The notes under the pieces are model-generated. The model did not search any database, had not been told where the DNA came from, and worked only from the letters and a program-made list of their open reading frames with translations. A stretch of 63,633 bases of DNA, counting the filler, from Syncephalis fuscata S228 (Eukaryota; Fungi; Zoopagomycota), in NCBI GenBank assembly GCA_025786725.1. It is 4 parts of 4 records of this genome, joined end to end, with 100 filler letters (N's around TTAATTAATTAA, not from the genome) between each part and the next. Parts side by side here need not be neighbours in the genome. Positions count along the whole stretch, not along the records: positions 53,793 to 63,633 come from JAHLTZ010000303.1; 3 more parts are not named here. The stretch is one strand, 5' to 3'. Below are positions 63,174 to 63,633 of the stretch, piece by piece. The stretch's first letter is position 1. Each line of letters begins with the position of its first letter. Position numbers and translations under genes: made by a program.

Positions 63174-63633
63174 CTACACTATTGGCATATCAGCAAGAAC
63201 ATTAAACGTATCCCCTACAGCAATTGGTTGACCTATTAAAATAATGTTAATAATGTTAATAATAATAATAAATAATGTTACTATAAACGTTTGCCAACAC
63301 TTGCCAAATGCCACTGGAATAAGATTAACACCAAAACATGCTTTGTACTTGGATTTTGGATCTACCCGTCGATATGACTGCAGCGTCTTAAGTGGCTCGA
63401 GACCAGAAGATACGCCCTTGTCTGGATCAACATTGGGCAGTATACAGCGAACACATAGATTGGCAACATAAAGTCCATTAGTATTGGTGGTCGATTGAAG
63501 ATAGGCATTCACCCAAGTATCCTCGGCAAATGGCTCGCCGTTACCAGCAACAACAATATTAGGGCGAAAACGACGCATATCAACCTGACGGTCTAGTCGG
63601 CCATTAAGATCTTGTAGTGATGACTCAGAAATG
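63174..63633 (-). CDS. MOSC-domain (mARC-like) protein, C-terminal part
   Basis: ISESSLQDLNGRL, MRRFRPNIVV, PFAEDTW, CVRCILPNVDP.KG, EPLKTLQSYR, CFGVNL. One intron at ~63235-63303. Confidence 0.9.
   Translation of the reverse strand, partial: ISESSLQDLNGRLDRQVDMRRFRPNIVVAGNGEPFAEDTWVNAYLQSTTNTNGLYVANLCVRCILPNVDPDKGVSSGLEPLKTLQSYRRVDPKSKYKACFGVNLIPVAFGKCWQTFIVTLFIIIINIINIILIGQPIAVGDTFNVLADMPIV

Overview
AT-rich, intron-rich eukaryotic DNA from a fungus. An early-diverging lineage such as the Zoopagomycota mycoparasite Syncephalis is my inference from gene content and intron style. The window is four contigs joined by artificial 100-nt N-TTAATTAATTAA-N linkers (20091-20190, 32912-33011, 53693-53792). 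It holds recognisable housekeeping genes (TFA1, DPH4, SEM1, SUA5, PRO3, MED17, TOE1, NOP58, RPL24, gluconokinase, a PPR protein, a RhoGEF, USP, MOSC and others), several secreted or degenerate-enzyme genes, and the 5' part of a retroelement with a CCHC zinc knuckle. The main result concerns two ~81-83-bp 'satellite' arrays (1220-3050 and 21433-22600). Each repeat unit reads as a complete GT...AG spliceosomal intron, and the introns are separated by 3-nt micro-exons. Joining the minus-strand locus (21428-22933; signal-peptide exon + 16 three-nt exons + terminal exon) gives a 48-aa secreted prepropeptide, MKLSIAVVCTLAVAFVASTTMVDAKPNQVRR-ADETPRPPRPAPPRPGN*. The plus-strand locus (22 micro-exons) gives a Cys-rich peptide, ...KCKKNWNSPVACRFSCRFECGVPNPQS*, whose 5' exons appear to be cut off by a retroelement insertion. 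This looks like a family of 'one codon per intron' micro-exon genes for small secreted peptides. Splicing is predicted from sequence only and needs transcript confirmation.
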